Positions 39,828 to 51,200 are shown, counted from the first letter of the stretch. The stretch is 64,000 nucleotides of DNA from Candidatus Obscuribacteraceae bacterium (GCA_044226015.1 JBGAHS010000004.1:224001-288000), one strand, 5' to 3'. Program-made: numbers and translations. The notes: generated by a model not told the origin, from the letters alone.

Positions 39828-40802
39828 ATGCAACCTCGACCGAGTGACAAAATCGCCAAACTCTATCGCAGTTGCGCATGGTTGCTTCTTTCGATCTCTG
39901 TCATTTCCATTTGTTCAGTGCTTTGGTTGTTCATCGTGCCGGTGACCATCGGAAGAATTCGTTTCTCGAATCAATTGGTTACCGATTGTCTTTTCAATCT
40001 CTCGATTTCGTCGCTTTGGATTTTTGGCATCACGGTGGTCATCCTGCTGCCGGGAAAGTTGAAATGGTTCGGCTTGCCTATATTCCTGGCCGCGTTTTGC
40101 ACTCTTCCATTTGTATTACTGGCACTAATTCATCCGTTTAGCTCTGATCTGGAGTACACGACAGGTAAAGTCGCTGCGGGCCAAATACAGTTTGTTAATT
40201 ATCGATCTTGTGACAAACATGGTCATTTCTCGCACAGCATAGTTCAAGAACAGGAGATATTGCCTGGCGTGCTCTGGAGTCGGCTGATCAAGCACTTTGA
40301 GCAAGGCGTGGCTGTCTATCTTTTGACTGCCGATAGCACAAAGCTAACACTTGCGACTGATGTCGGTAGATGTACATCAAGTATTGAGATCACCCTCTCC
40401 AATCTACTTGAACGTCGTTTAGGCACAACCGTGTTCTCTGGTGGACAAATCTCCACAGCTGCGCCAGTGTATGCCCAGAAAGGTTCTGTCGTTTTTGCTA
40501 AAAGTGGGTCGACTGTTTACGCAAAGAGGGAGTGCGTTGTTCATGCCGAACAAGGTTCCCTTGTGAAACAAGAAGAGTTCAACAGCAAAGCTCCAAAGGA
40601 TGACTCAATTGTTAGCGGCGAAAATATCGTCTACGCAAAGGAGAAGTCTACTGTTTACGCCACAAATGGCTCAACTGTGTATGGCTGGAGCGGATCTAGT
40701 ATTATTGCTGAGAACAATTCCCTTGTACACGCTGAACCGGGCAGCATAGTTCTTCCTGGAGGTCCAAACGACTCCAAAAACTATGGACCGTTTAGTCAGT
40801 AA
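39828..40802 (+). CDS. Hypothetical membrane protein with C-terminal 8-residue repeats
   Basis: Three TM segments; repeated (V/I)YAxxGSx units. Confidence 0.65.
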   Translation: MQPRPSDKIAKLYRSCAWLLLSISVISICSVLWLFIVPVTIGRIRFSNQLVTDCLFNLSISSLWIFGITVVILLPGKLKWFGLPIFLAAFCTLPFVLLALIHPFSSDLEYTTGKVAAGQIQFVNYRSCDKHGHFSHSIVQEQEILPGVLWSRLIKHFEQGVAVYLLTADSTKLTLATDVGRCTSSIEITLSNLLERRLGTTVFSGGQISTAAPVYAQKGSVVFAKSGSTVYAKRECVVHAEQGSLVKQEEFNSKAPKDDSIVSGENIVYAKEKSTVYATNGSTVYGWSGSSIIAENNSLVHAEPGSIVLPGGPNDSKNYGPFSQ

Positions 40803-41017
40803 AATGCAGCGCTGGATAGCTCAGAACTCACCGACTCTACAAGATGATTCGCCATGGCTGGAAAAGCGATTATTCAAGCCACGTTTTCGAGAAACACAGT
40901 TTGAGAAGCCTTGAAAATTTGGCGGGACCAACTCCGGGGTCAGTTTCCCAGCCGGCGCCTCACATAACCCTTGCCAGCTGGCTGGCTCAGTTCCCGCACG
41001 TCTAGTAAGATGACCGT

Positions 41018-41974
41018 ATGACTCCAATGCGACTTACATTCCTTTTGATCACTTGCATTCTCTGTATGCCGGTTGCGTCAGCTGAGCTTTCCGGCGAGGA
41101 ATTCGACCGGGCAATTCATAACTTTATGGCTAATGGGAACAAACGAAAAGCACGAGTTCTGTGCCACCGCGCACTGACTGTGTACCCTGACGATTTCAAC
41201 CTGAATCAGCTAATGCTAAGCCTTTACAGGGATAAGGGAGATCTGCTTTCATCTATCAGGCAGGCAAAGCGTTGCTTGGAACTCCAACCCGAGGATGCTG
41301 CAATTAATACATACGTTGCACTCTGGAGCCTTATGATCTTGGATGGCAATTACATTGAGGCCAAAAAATATATCAATCAAGCCATTGCCTGTAACGACGA
41401 AGAGTCAAGCGAGAAGGTCAGGGAACTGCGCAAGTGCTACTTTCTGTCAAAGTTAGCTATCACTGCTTACAAGCAAGAAAATACAGCCGAGGCACTTTTG
41501 ATGTTTGAGAAAGTTATCCAGAATAAAGAGCATGATGATTTAGATGTATTGGCTCACGGAGATATTCTTTTGCGCAATGGCAAGGTCCAGGAGGCTCAGG
41601 CTGACTTTCAGCGTACTGTTTCTGAGAGCAACAGCTGGATTGGCCGACTGTACCTCGGCTCATCAGAGTTGCTGCTGGGGCACAAAAGGGAAGCGCAGGG
41701 CTGTTTCAAGCAAATAATCGCTGCGGATTTTCCAAACGTTGGCTTGTATTGCTCTGAGAAGTTTATGCGCTCGAAGGCTAAGCAGGGTCTTAGCTTGACG
41801 AGGAAGTCAAAAACTACTACCAGAGCGATTTCCAAATTGCTTGGTAAACCGCTCTGGTATCTTGAATATCCCTGGCCCGGCAAAATTATCTGTGGACCCG
41901 GCTTGGCACAAAAGAGGGAGCCACTTGAAGAACAAGACCCTGAAGAGCTTCCAGAAAAACAAAAAAGACCCTAA
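41018..41974 (+). CDS. Exported TPR-like protein
   Basis: Signal peptide ending ASA; helical repeats such as GDILLRNGKVQEAQADFQR. Confidence 0.65.
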   Translation: MTPMRLTFLLITCILCMPVASAELSGEEFDRAIHNFMANGNKRKARVLCHRALTVYPDDFNLNQLMLSLYRDKGDLLSSIRQAKRCLELQPEDAAINTYVALWSLMILDGNYIEAKKYINQAIACNDEESSEKVRELRKCYFLSKLAITAYKQENTAEALLMFEKVIQNKEHDDLDVLAHGDILLRNGKVQEAQADFQRTVSESNSWIGRLYLGSSELLLGHKREAQGCFKQIIAADFPNVGLYCSEKFMRSKAKQGLSLTRKSKTTTRAISKLLGKPLWYLEYPWPGKIICGPGLAQKREPLEEQDPEELPEKQKRP

Positions 41975-42323
41975 CCACACTCATCCCAAGAAACCATTGC
42001 CACCAGATGCGCTTCTTTTGTAGCACTTCTTCCTTTTTTGCCTTCAGCTGCGCAAGTTCCGCTCCCGTTCCGCAAGCACAATCATAGCTGCTCCAAGCGC
42101 CGAGAAGCCCAGATGGAGTCTGCTGAGCATTTGCAAGTACTATTGCGATTCCTGATATTTCGTCATTCGGCATAGTCGCCCTAACCGAGGGGCAAAATAT
42201 CTGGCACCGAGACACAGACTGTTCGCCAACCGAGCCTATCTCAGTTAAGAGTTATAACCACCATTCGGCATAATTTATATGAACGAGCCAAGGAGGCCCG
42301 GATTATTACCCAATGCCGAGTTG

Positions 42324-43562
42324 TTATTGATCAATGTCAAAGGACCAGAGACGGCCAGCGGCTGGCAGAGTATCTGCGAGCTCTTTATCTGCTTTAGCTA
42401 AGTCAGGTTGTTCTTGGGCCTCATAGACTCTTGCTCTCCAGAGATAGGGCTCTTTCCTTTTGATCGACAAAAGGGAGATCGCCTTGTTGAGATCATCCAA
42501 AGCTTTCTCGGTCTGTCCGAGATTCAGCTCGGCAAGTCCTCTGCCAGCGTAGACCCTGCCTGCGCGAAAATCACCAGCCATAGGGTGTAAGGAATTCTCG
42601 CTAAGCAAATACTTCAATGCCACAGAATAGTCGGCAATAGCATCATTGTATTTCCTAAGTTTCATGTAGAGGCGAGCACGATTCTCGTGTCCAGTCGTCG
42701 CAGCTTGGTCTACGGTCAAGCTAATCACTTCAGAATAGTCTTGAATGGCTTTCTTGTATTGTTTGGACTCGGAATGCAAATGACCCTGCGTACTCCACAT
42801 GTTGGAGTCGTTTGGATAAAGTTGCAAGAATCTCGAACTTGCTTTTAGTGCAGCCGGAAAATCTTCTGGCGGGATCATGTTCTTTTTTACCGCATTCATC
42901 AACTGCTCATCTTCGGAAAGCGATAATTCAACAGTCGAGAATTGCTTTAGTCCCTTAGATTTTGCTTCGGCAGTGGCCTTATCATCTAATGCTTTTTCTT
43001 CTGGCGAGTCTACCCACTCATCAGTCTCGCTGTATCCTGGTTTCTTTGGAAAGAAAAAGCTCGTTCCTCCTGTTTGCCGATATTTTGTGACTTTATCATT
43101 TGAAAATGCAAATTGCAGTGACGATGGATGATGGCTCATTGGATAGTAAATAAAGTAGGAAGCATAGCTGTGAAAAGAGCTTCCTGGTTCCGGATGTCCC
43201 AAAAGTGCGTACAGCTCTTTTCTACTCATACCAATCAATTTGTAATTAGCCAATAGGTCACCAATCATATCTTTCTTGGTAGCAAGGTGACTTGGGTCGT
43301 GCTTCCATCGGATCGGATCGAATTTGTTCTTTTTCTTCGATTTTGTTGCTTTTGCGGGGGAAACTCTTTTCGTTTCTGTTGCTACTGGTTCGCAAGTGTC
43401 AAGTAAGAGAACTTCTTTCTTGGCTTGCTGCTGCTGGCCCAGTGCGGACGCTGGATTGACAAGGGCTAAGGTAAGCGAACAGAGAACGAGCTTGTTTCGG
43501 CTAAAGACCAATTTCGTTAGAGTTGCCGTGCCAAGCCTGGACAATTTCCACACAGGAATCAC
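42324..43562 (-). CDS. Exported TPR protein
   Basis: Signal-like N-terminus; TPRs (YKKAIQDYS, YNDAIADYS, ALDDLNKAI). Confidence 0.75.
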   Translation of the reverse strand: MIPVWKLSRLGTATLTKLVFSRNKLVLCSLTLALVNPASALGQQQQAKKEVLLLDTCEPVATETKRVSPAKATKSKKKNKFDPIRWKHDPSHLATKKDMIGDLLANYKLIGMSRKELYALLGHPEPGSSFHSYASYFIYYPMSHHPSSLQFAFSNDKVTKYRQTGGTSFFFPKKPGYSETDEWVDSPEEKALDDKATAEAKSKGLKQFSTVELSLSEDEQLMNAVKKNMIPPEDFPAALKASSRFLQLYPNDSNMWSTQGHLHSESKQYKKAIQDYSEVISLTVDQAATTGHENRARLYMKLRKYNDAIADYSVALKYLLSENSLHPMAGDFRAGRVYAGRGLAELNLGQTEKALDDLNKAISLLSIKRKEPYLWRARVYEAQEQPDLAKADKELADTLPAAGRLWSFDIDQ

Positions 43563-43636
43563 TCCAAAGCATATTTCAGTTCCTCAAGATTACATCATAC
43601 CGTAAGTCGCTTGGTATGTAATTTCCTGATAGGTCC

Positions 43637-44893
43637 GTGGAGGGAATTCTTATGTCGCTTTGGTTGTTTTTTTCAGATCAGGAGACGATCTCGCGGTTTC
43701 ATTTGCATCCATTAGGCAAGTACATGGATGAATATGCGCAGTGGCTTTATCAGAGAGGCTATTCCAGGGATCACGCTCGTTGCAAATTGAGAACTGTGGC
43801 ACGGTGGAGTCCATGGTTAAAAAGGTATGGAATCGCAGCCAGCCAGCTAACTCAGGAGCATTTAGCAAAGTATTTGAAAATGAAAGTGAGAAAGACACCG
43901 CCGCTTAGAAGAGAGGATGGGGTGAATCTGAAACAATTCCTCGATTTCTTGCAAGAGAAGGGCGTTATTCAGATCAGGGAACACCGAGAAAGAACGGCCG
44001 TGGATGAGTTCGTTGCTGAATTTGCATCATATCTGGCAACTGAGCGGGCATTGTCGCAATCAACAATCGAGCAATACACAGCGCATGCAATGAAATTTTT
44101 AGAGGAAAATTTTAACGACCGATCTGTGGATTTTTCCACAATAGACAGCGCTGGTGTCTCTAAATACGTTCAAAGAACAGCAAGCATGAGATCGAAAAAA
44201 AATGCAAAATTGATGTGCACAGCTTTGCGTGCGTTGTTTCGATATGCCAGACATCAGGGGCTTTTGATGACTCAACTTGATGCTGCAGTGCCCAGCGTAG
44301 CTAATTGGAGGCTTGCTTCCATACCATATTCTCTGCCAGCAGAATCAGTAAAAGGAATTGTGTCCAGTTGCAACCGCGGAACTAGTATTGGAAAACGCGA
44401 CTATGCAATTATTCTTCTCCTGGTGCGCCTGGGTTTAAGGGCAGGCGAGATCATCACGCTAAACCTAGATGATATTGATTGGAGGTCAGGAATCATCACG
44501 ATCCACGGAAAAGGCAGTCACCGCTCGCAGATGCCTCTTCCTCCTGATGTTGGTGAGGCGCTGGCAGCTTACCTTCAGTTCGGGCGCCCCAAGAGTTCAA
44601 ACAGGAAAGTTTTCCTGAGTTCGCAAGCACCCATTCGCGCATTCAATAGATCTGGAGCGGTCACTTTTCTGGTAAACCGCGCGATTAAACGCTCAGGTAT
44701 CAGTGGCGCAAAATCCGGCGCTCATCAATTTCGACACTCGATTGCGACAAATTTACTTAGTGGTGGCGCATCACTTTCTGAAATTGCAGAGCTGCTTCGC
44801 CATCGCACAATAGACTGCACAACAATTTACGCGAAAGTCGATCTGCCATCGCTTCGAACACTTGCACTTCCTTGGCCAGGAGGTGAGAAATGA
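43637..44893 (+). CDS. Tyrosine recombinase RitA-like
   Basis: RDYAIILLLVRLGLRAGE, IHGKG, HQFRHS, LLRH, TTIYAKVD...PWP. Confidence 0.9.
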   Translation: MEGILMSLWLFFSDQETISRFHLHPLGKYMDEYAQWLYQRGYSRDHARCKLRTVARWSPWLKRYGIAASQLTQEHLAKYLKMKVRKTPPLRREDGVNLKQFLDFLQEKGVIQIREHRERTAVDEFVAEFASYLATERALSQSTIEQYTAHAMKFLEENFNDRSVDFSTIDSAGVSKYVQRTASMRSKKNAKLMCTALRALFRYARHQGLLMTQLDAAVPSVANWRLASIPYSLPAESVKGIVSSCNRGTSIGKRDYAIILLLVRLGLRAGEIITLNLDDIDWRSGIITIHGKGSHRSQMPLPPDVGEALAAYLQFGRPKSSNRKVFLSSQAPIRAFNRSGAVTFLVNRAIKRSGISGAKSGAHQFRHSIATNLLSGGASLSEIAELLRHRTIDCTTIYAKVDLPSLRTLALPWPGGEK

Positions 44894-46194
44894 AAACCTT
44901 GAGACAATCACTGAAAGAGTATTTGGCTGAGAGGCGAGAAGAAGGATACAAACTCCACTCTGCCGGTTACGGTCTCTTGCGATTCGTAACATTCATGGAG
45001 CAGCGGAAATGTTCTTACATTACAACAGCTCTGGCTTTAGAGTGGGCGAAACAAGGCTCCAAAGCAAAGAATCAAGAGTATGCACGTGCCCAGTGCTTAG
45101 GTTTTGTTCGAGAGTTTGCAAAATACCTCTCAGCAAAAGACGGGCGAACGGAAATTCCACCATTTGGTCTATTGCCGCATCCAGCACGCAAAGTCAAAAG
45201 TGTAGCGAAGCCAAAAGAGAACCGTTTGGAACAGGCTGAGCCGAATAGCACTATACGGGAAGCGATAATCGAATACCTCAAACTGCGGCGCGCTTTGGGA
45301 TTTAAGTTGCATCTTGCCGGTAAAATGTTGCTTCGATTTGCATCGTTTATGGAATCCAATAATGCCGAATATGTAACCGTCAAACTTGCAATGGAATGGG
45401 CGCAGCAACCAGCGAATTCCAAGACTTCTACCTGGGCGCAACATTTAGGTTATGTCAGAGATTTCGCGAAATTTAGAATCGCTGCTGATTCAAGAACAGA
45501 GATTCCGCCGTGGAGCTTGCTTCCATATTCTTGTAAGAGGATGCAGCCACACTTGTATTCAGAAGAAGAAGAGATACAAGCATTGCTTTGTGCTACGCAG
45601 AATCTTCCTGCTTGGAGTGCAGCCGGCATTCTAAGACGGCACACGTACTACTGTCTCTTTGGTTTGTTAAGCGTGACAGGAGTGCGCATCAGCGAAGCAA
45701 TCAATTTGAACCTTGCCGACATTGATTTTGAAGCCGGAGTTTTGACAGTGAAACAAAGTAAGTTTGGGAAGTCGCGGCTTGTTCCGGTCCATGCCACCAC
45801 CGTTGACGTTCTAAGAAACTATAACGAAGTTCGGACTAAGTACCTCATTTGCCGAGGAGTGCACTCTGAATATTTTTTCGTGACGCACTCAGGCGGAAAG
45901 CTTGATGGCGGTGATATACGCCGGAAGTTCTATTCAATGTCCAAACATGTTGGCTTGCGCGGAGAAGGAAAAAATGTCGGACCGCGAATTCATGATTTTC
46001 GCCATGGATTTGCAGTTCGAACAATCTTGCAATGGTATCGAAGCGGTGCCGATGTTGAGAAAAAACTTCCTCTGCTTTCCACATATCTCGGTCATACAAA
46101 AGTCAAAGACACGTATTGGTACTTAAGCGCAACTCCAGAGTTGATGGGCACGGCCGTCAAACTGCTTGAGAGTCGCTGGGGAGAAACACTATGA
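44890..46194 (+). CDS. Tyrosine recombinase RitB-like with duplicated N-terminal domain
   Basis: TGVRISEA, SKFGKSRLVP, HDFRH, LSTYLGH, TYWYL; two copies of EYL..RR..G(Y/F)KL...EWA...RTEIPP. Confidence 0.9.
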   Translation: MKTLRQSLKEYLAERREEGYKLHSAGYGLLRFVTFMEQRKCSYITTALALEWAKQGSKAKNQEYARAQCLGFVREFAKYLSAKDGRTEIPPFGLLPHPARKVKSVAKPKENRLEQAEPNSTIREAIIEYLKLRRALGFKLHLAGKMLLRFASFMESNNAEYVTVKLAMEWAQQPANSKTSTWAQHLGYVRDFAKFRIAADSRTEIPPWSLLPYSCKRMQPHLYSEEEEIQALLCATQNLPAWSAAGILRRHTYYCLFGLLSVTGVRISEAINLNLADIDFEAGVLTVKQSKFGKSRLVPVHATTVDVLRNYNEVRTKYLICRGVHSEYFFVTHSGGKLDGGDIRRKFYSMSKHVGLRGEGKNVGPRIHDFRHGFAVRTILQWYRSGADVEKKLPLLSTYLGHTKVKDTYWYLSATPELMGTAVKLLESRWGETL

Positions 46195-46592
46195 AAAAGA
46201 AACCTGATCCAAACCTGGCATTCTTGCTTGAAAAATTCTTTCTGGAGCGGCTTCTAAAGCAGCGGAGCGCCAGCCTTCACACAATCAAATCATATCGAGA
46301 CAGCTTCAGATTGCTATTGCAGTTTGCGCAGCAACGACTAGGTAAAGCTCCTTCTTCGATGGAATTTTGCGAGATCGATGCACCACTGATTTCGGCATTT
46401 TTGGAAAAACTAGAGCAGGACCGGAGACACTTCTTCCTGAGTCAAGAAATTGATAATGCGTTTCTCAAATCGTTTTCCTGGAATAGCCAAAACTCTCTGG
46501 ATCTGCAACGAGTGCGAGGGGACTTCCAGCGCAGCATATTTGAAGAATGACTTGATTGCAGTAAGGCGAAGATTTCGGCTGCGCGATGCAAG
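46191..46592 (+). pseudogene. RitC-like recombinase remnant with an internal inversion
   Basis: Plus strand SLHTIKSYRDSFRLLL...FLEKLEQDR; continuation LASRSRNLRLTAIKSFF...FLTQEEV lies on the minus strand at 46592-46428. Confidence 0.85.
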
Positions 46593-46593
46593 T

Positions 46594-47160
46594 ATGGCCA
46601 TCGTAGCAATCATTGTCGGAACATTCGTGTTCCTTCTCACCGGAGCACTTATCGGCGACGCAACGCACGACGCAGGAGCGGGCGTAGTGCCCGGACTAGT
46701 GCTCGGAGTCCTCGCCGCAATTCCAATTTTCAAAGCCGCATGCGAAGAGCGCGCGAAATTTCTCCATCCTCAACCGCGAGAATACAGGGTTCCAGCAAAA
46801 ATCGCATTCGCTAAAATCCGCGATATTCTCGCCGAAATCTCATACAACTATGGCGACAAGTGGCACGTCGTAACGGCGGATACACAGACTGGCAGAATCA
46901 CAGCAAATCTTCGCTTCATTGACGAATTCACAAGATTCGAAGGCGATGCGCGCGGACAGATCCACACCCGAAAGGAACGCTTACAGCGCTTTCTGGCAGT
47001 GGAGATTCATGTACAACCGACGGAAAGAAGCACCACATTGATCCAAATGCATTTCGCGCCGACTGTCGAGGGCGTCAATTATGCCGCGTACGACTCGATC
47101 ATTACGTCGCTAACTGCGCAAATCGAATCGTCGCTCGGCACGCGACTCTCAAAGGATTGA
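46594..47160 (+). CDS. Hypothetical membrane protein, probably missing its 5' end
   Basis: Two TM helices then a soluble domain; begins right at the inversion breakpoint. Confidence 0.5.
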   Translation: MAIVAIIVGTFVFLLTGALIGDATHDAGAGVVPGLVLGVLAAIPIFKAACEERAKFLHPQPREYRVPAKIAFAKIRDILAEISYNYGDKWHVVTADTQTGRITANLRFIDEFTRFEGDARGQIHTRKERLQRFLAVEIHVQPTERSTTLIQMHFAPTVEGVNYAAYDSIITSLTAQIESSLGTRLSKD

Positions 47161-47197
47161 CTCGCAAGAGTCGTTGCTACAAGCTCGGTTCCTTACA

Positions 47198-48103
47198 TCA
47201 CGATTGAGGGGGCAAGCTTTGGTCCTTTTTCAATGCGGAGAACCGCTGATCGCCTGGGTTCGATTTCTTCGCTTCTTCCCTTAGTCGCGCTTCATAGCGC
47301 TCCAAATCGCTTGCTGATTTGGTTGCGCGTAGGTATTCACCGGTCTTAACTGCCCAACCCACACAGCTGCCGAAGAGCTCAGCATCGATGGGCTGATTTC
47401 TCAGATCGAACGATCCTGGCATTCGGATCTGCGGACGATTTTGCGAAGGAGGATTGACGTACGTAAGGAGCACGCCGTTAGCGAATTTTCCGAAAATTGC
47501 AATCTCATTTTTCTTGCCCTTGCTGCTGGTGTTCATCAGGACGGAGAAATCTAGAGTGCCTAGAAACCATGCATAGATCCCTTGCTTTAGCTGCAAGTCG
47601 TACTGCATCTTCAGCGCTGCGATCTGTCGGTCAATTTCTTGTTCGTCATACAGATGAATGTGATGCTGGTAATTGCCTGGCTGATTCGATTTGTTTGCAA
47701 GAAAGAGACGCCACGTCGAACAGGCTTCCTGCAACATGCGCTTAGCTTTCACTGAACGAATTAAGCCATCATCCAAGGCTACTAGCGAAACTCGCCAGGC
47801 CAGCGAGGCGGCAAACTGTAACAGCCACTTGTCGTAGGATATGGCCGCAGTCGTTTGGTTGAGAAAAGGTTGCCATATCTCCTTACAGAATTTATCCTCA
47901 TATCCGCCGATGACAGTGTTGTCGCAATCAGCACACATCAACCTCCTTCGATGCGCTTGCTGCGCGAAAGCTTGATCCGGCGCGTGCGATATGAACTGAG
48001 TCGCAAAGGTCTGCTTCCTCGACGCTCTGACCGCAAAATTAGGCATGATGTGCCCATCAACCAATGGCTTCTGGAAGTGGCACAATTTGCAGATCTCAAC
48101 CAT
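47198..48103 (-). CDS. Hypothetical protein with N-terminal Zn-binding HNH-like motif
   Basis: CKLC...LVDGHIMP...LMCADCDN..IG.YE. Confidence 0.6.
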   Translation of the reverse strand: MVEICKLCHFQKPLVDGHIMPNFAVRASRKQTFATQFISHAPDQAFAQQAHRRRLMCADCDNTVIGGYEDKFCKEIWQPFLNQTTAAISYDKWLLQFAASLAWRVSLVALDDGLIRSVKAKRMLQEACSTWRLFLANKSNQPGNYQHHIHLYDEQEIDRQIAALKMQYDLQLKQGIYAWFLGTLDFSVLMNTSSKGKKNEIAIFGKFANGVLLTYVNPPSQNRPQIRMPGSFDLRNQPIDAELFGSCVGWAVKTGEYLRATKSASDLERYEARLREEAKKSNPGDQRFSALKKDQSLPPQS

Positions 48104-48299
48104 AAGTATTCATTTCCCGATAATGCAGCTCTGAGCATTCCCCCACACCTGCAGTTGGTTAAGCAACCGCAGCGGAAACTTCCAGTTCACGACCAAATTC
48201 CCGGCGAGGAACCTCAAGAATAGCATGCGGCTGTCAAGGGTTGTATCGTGACACGCTACACGCTACAGTTCTTGTGGACGAAAGAAATCAGGAATCGCC

Positions 48300-51200
48300 A
48301 TGACCAACAAAACAGCTAATGCCTTCCATCCCGGCTTGTATGTCAAAGACCACGTCCTTCCGAAAGGGATGACAGTTACAGACGCAGCCAAACTTCTTGG
48401 CATTGGGCGTCCTGCGTTCTCCAACTTTCTGAACGGTAAGGCTGCGTTATCTGCGGAAATGGCCATTCGAATTGAAAAGACATTCAGTGTGGACAAAGAA
48501 CACTTGATCAAACTGCAACAGAAGTTTGATAGCACAATGAATAAACATATAGAGAACAGAGTGATCGTTTCCTCTTACGTGCCAAGCTTTCTAACTATAA
48601 CTGCTCACCAGATTGATAATTGGGCGAGCGGATTAGATGCCAGAAAACTTCTATCCGTGCTGCTGCGCAAACTAATACACTCAACCACACCAGAAATTAC
48701 TAACATTGACTTTCCGGGGTTCGACAATGCTGAGCGAAAGGGATGGGACGGTATTTTGGAATGCGGTCAAGCCACACCGTGGGTCGCGCAAGGAAGATCT
48801 GGATGGGAGTTCGGCTGCAATGCTAGCCCGGCGCAGAAGGCGGAACAGGATTATCTTGCACGAACAAAATCTGTCGATGTCGCACTAAGAGCCGTTACTA
48901 CGTTTACGTTTGTGACGCCACGAAACTGGCCCGGCAAAACGAAATGGGAACAGGATAAACGCGCGCTCCGAGAATGGAGTGCCGTCAAGGTCCTGGATGC
49001 CAGCGATTTAGAACAATGGCTGGAACAGTCAGTACCTGCGCAAATATGGCTTGCTGAGCAGATCGGGCTTCCTGTTACTGGTTTCTCAACGCTGGAGCAT
49101 TGGTGGGACAAGTGGGCCCTCGCATCAGAACCTGCCATGTCGCGGGAATTGTTCGAGCCCATGATAAGCGCATCGAGATCTCAATTCATCGAATGGCTCA
49201 ACAGACCCAGCTCAAAGCCACTCGTCGTGGCTGCAGATTCCGTAGAAGAAGCGCTTGCATTCGTTGCGGCAATGTTTTCAGATGAAGAAGTTGCCAAGCT
49301 ACCGCATAGCTCAACTGTTTCCGTCTTCAATGACCCTGCTACCTTGCGAAAACTAGGTGCATCGCCAGCGGCGTTCATCCCAGTCGTTTACACAAGCGAC
49401 ATGGACAAAGAACTGATTAAGATGTGCAAGCAACGGCATTGCATCTCAATCCAATCACGAGGCACGGTTAGATCAGAACCGGATGTGGTGTTGGAAAAAA
49501 TAGGTCCTGATCATTTTCAGGCGGGGCTCGCAGCAATGGGAGTCGATCAAGAGCGTTCTGCCAGGCTCGCTCGCGAAAGTGGACGTTCCCTTACCGTATT
49601 GCGCCGAAGACTATCGCTGATTGAATCTGTCCGTATTCCAATGTGGGCAAGTGATCCTGCACGCTCGGCTGCATTAGTTCCAATGTGCTTGATTGGCGCT
49701 TGGAAGGAAAGCTCCAAGGCCGACCGGGAAATAATTTCTGTTTTGGCAAGAAAGGATTATGGCACCGTCGAAGCAGAATTAGCGCAATTTCTACAGTCGG
49801 AAGATGCTCCGGTTTGGTCCGTCGAATCGGGTCGCGGCGTCGTCAGCAAAGTCGATGTCCTCTTCGCTATCAGCCGCTTGGTGACACGGGAGCATCTCGA
49901 CGATTTTTTCGTGATAGCGGAGTTGGTACTGTCCGAAGCCGATCCCGCACTGGAGTTACCAGATCGGGATAAATGGACGGCCGGCATGTACGGAAAGGTG
50001 CGTGATCATTCTGGCACTTTGCGCGAAGCTTTGTGCGAAACCATGGTGATTTTAGCCATGCATGGAAATGATCTCTTTTCGGAACGTCTGGGAATGAACG
50101 TCCAGACAAAGGTAGAAGTAGTGGTTCGAAATCTACTTTCACCTTTTATTTTGGAAAAATTGAAATTGCAGGATCGAAATCTGCCGTATTATGCGGAAGC
50201 CGCACCCGAAATGTTTTTGACACTTGTCGAGAAAGATTTGCGCAGTCCTAACTCTGCCGTAATGGGACTGATGAAGCCGGTTGAACCAGGAATCTTTTCG
50301 CCATGCTGGCGAACTGGAATTCTTTGGGCGCTGGAGTGCATCGTTTGGAAAGCTGAGTATCTACCGCGAATAACATTGGCGCTCGGCAAGATGGCCGAAC
50401 AGAAACTAGATGACAACTGGAATCACAAACCTATCAACACGCTAAAAGCCATTTACCGATGGTGGCTGCCACAAACGGCCGCTTCTGCAGATGAAAGAAT
50501 TTCGGGGCTTAAACTTTTGGCCAAGAACTTTCCAGAGACTGCCTGGGAAATATGCTTGGAGCAAATACGATCAGAACGAGTCGCCTTTCCGAATTACAAA
50601 CCGAACTGGAGAGATGAAGCTGATGGGTTGGGGGAACCTCGGCGGTTAGAGGAAGGTGGTCGATTTCGACTCGAAGCTCTTCGGCTTGCTATCGCATGGA
50701 CAACACACAATGAACAAACTCTCGGCGATCTTATCGAGCGCATTAATATCATGCCTGAGGAAGAACAATCGCGAGTTTGGGATCTAGTTGACGTCTGGAG
50801 AAAAGATGCAACCGAAGTCGCCAAAAGCGTTTTGAGAGAACGGATTAGGCGTAGCACCTTCACCAGAAGAGGGAGACGGAAGGATCTGAAAGGCGCTGGC
50901 AGAAACCGGGCGCAGGACGCATACCAGAAACTGGCAAGCAAAGATCCTGTTTTCAAACACAAATGGTTGTTTGAGAGCGATTGGGTTGAACCATCATTCG
51001 ACGACCTTGAGGACGAGCAGTACGACTACAAGACGAGTACTAAAAAGATTGGAGAGGACCGCAAGAAGGCTTTGCGGGAAATTTGGCGTGAGCAAGAATT
51101 AGATGGCGTAATTAAACTAGCGAATGAAATCGAACCAGTTCATTTGGTCGCTGGTTATTGGGTTGATAACAACTCGCAGGGGCTGAAGTTGGACTCGCTG

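Larger units (their letters stand above)
43637..46592 (+). mobile_element. RIT (recombinase-in-trio) element, disrupted in the third gene
   Basis: Three tyrosine recombinase genes in tandem with 4-bp ATGA overlaps. Confidence 0.82.

Noticed and set aside
42164..42320. CATTCGGCATA twice and AATGCCGAG as RIT terminal repeats
   Set aside because: Reminiscent of RIT end motifs, but 1.3 kb from ritA with no matching partner found after ritC
46450..46593. N-terminal part of the 236-aa ORF 46450-47160
   Set aside because: It is the reverse complement of the inverted ritC segment, not a genuine N-terminus
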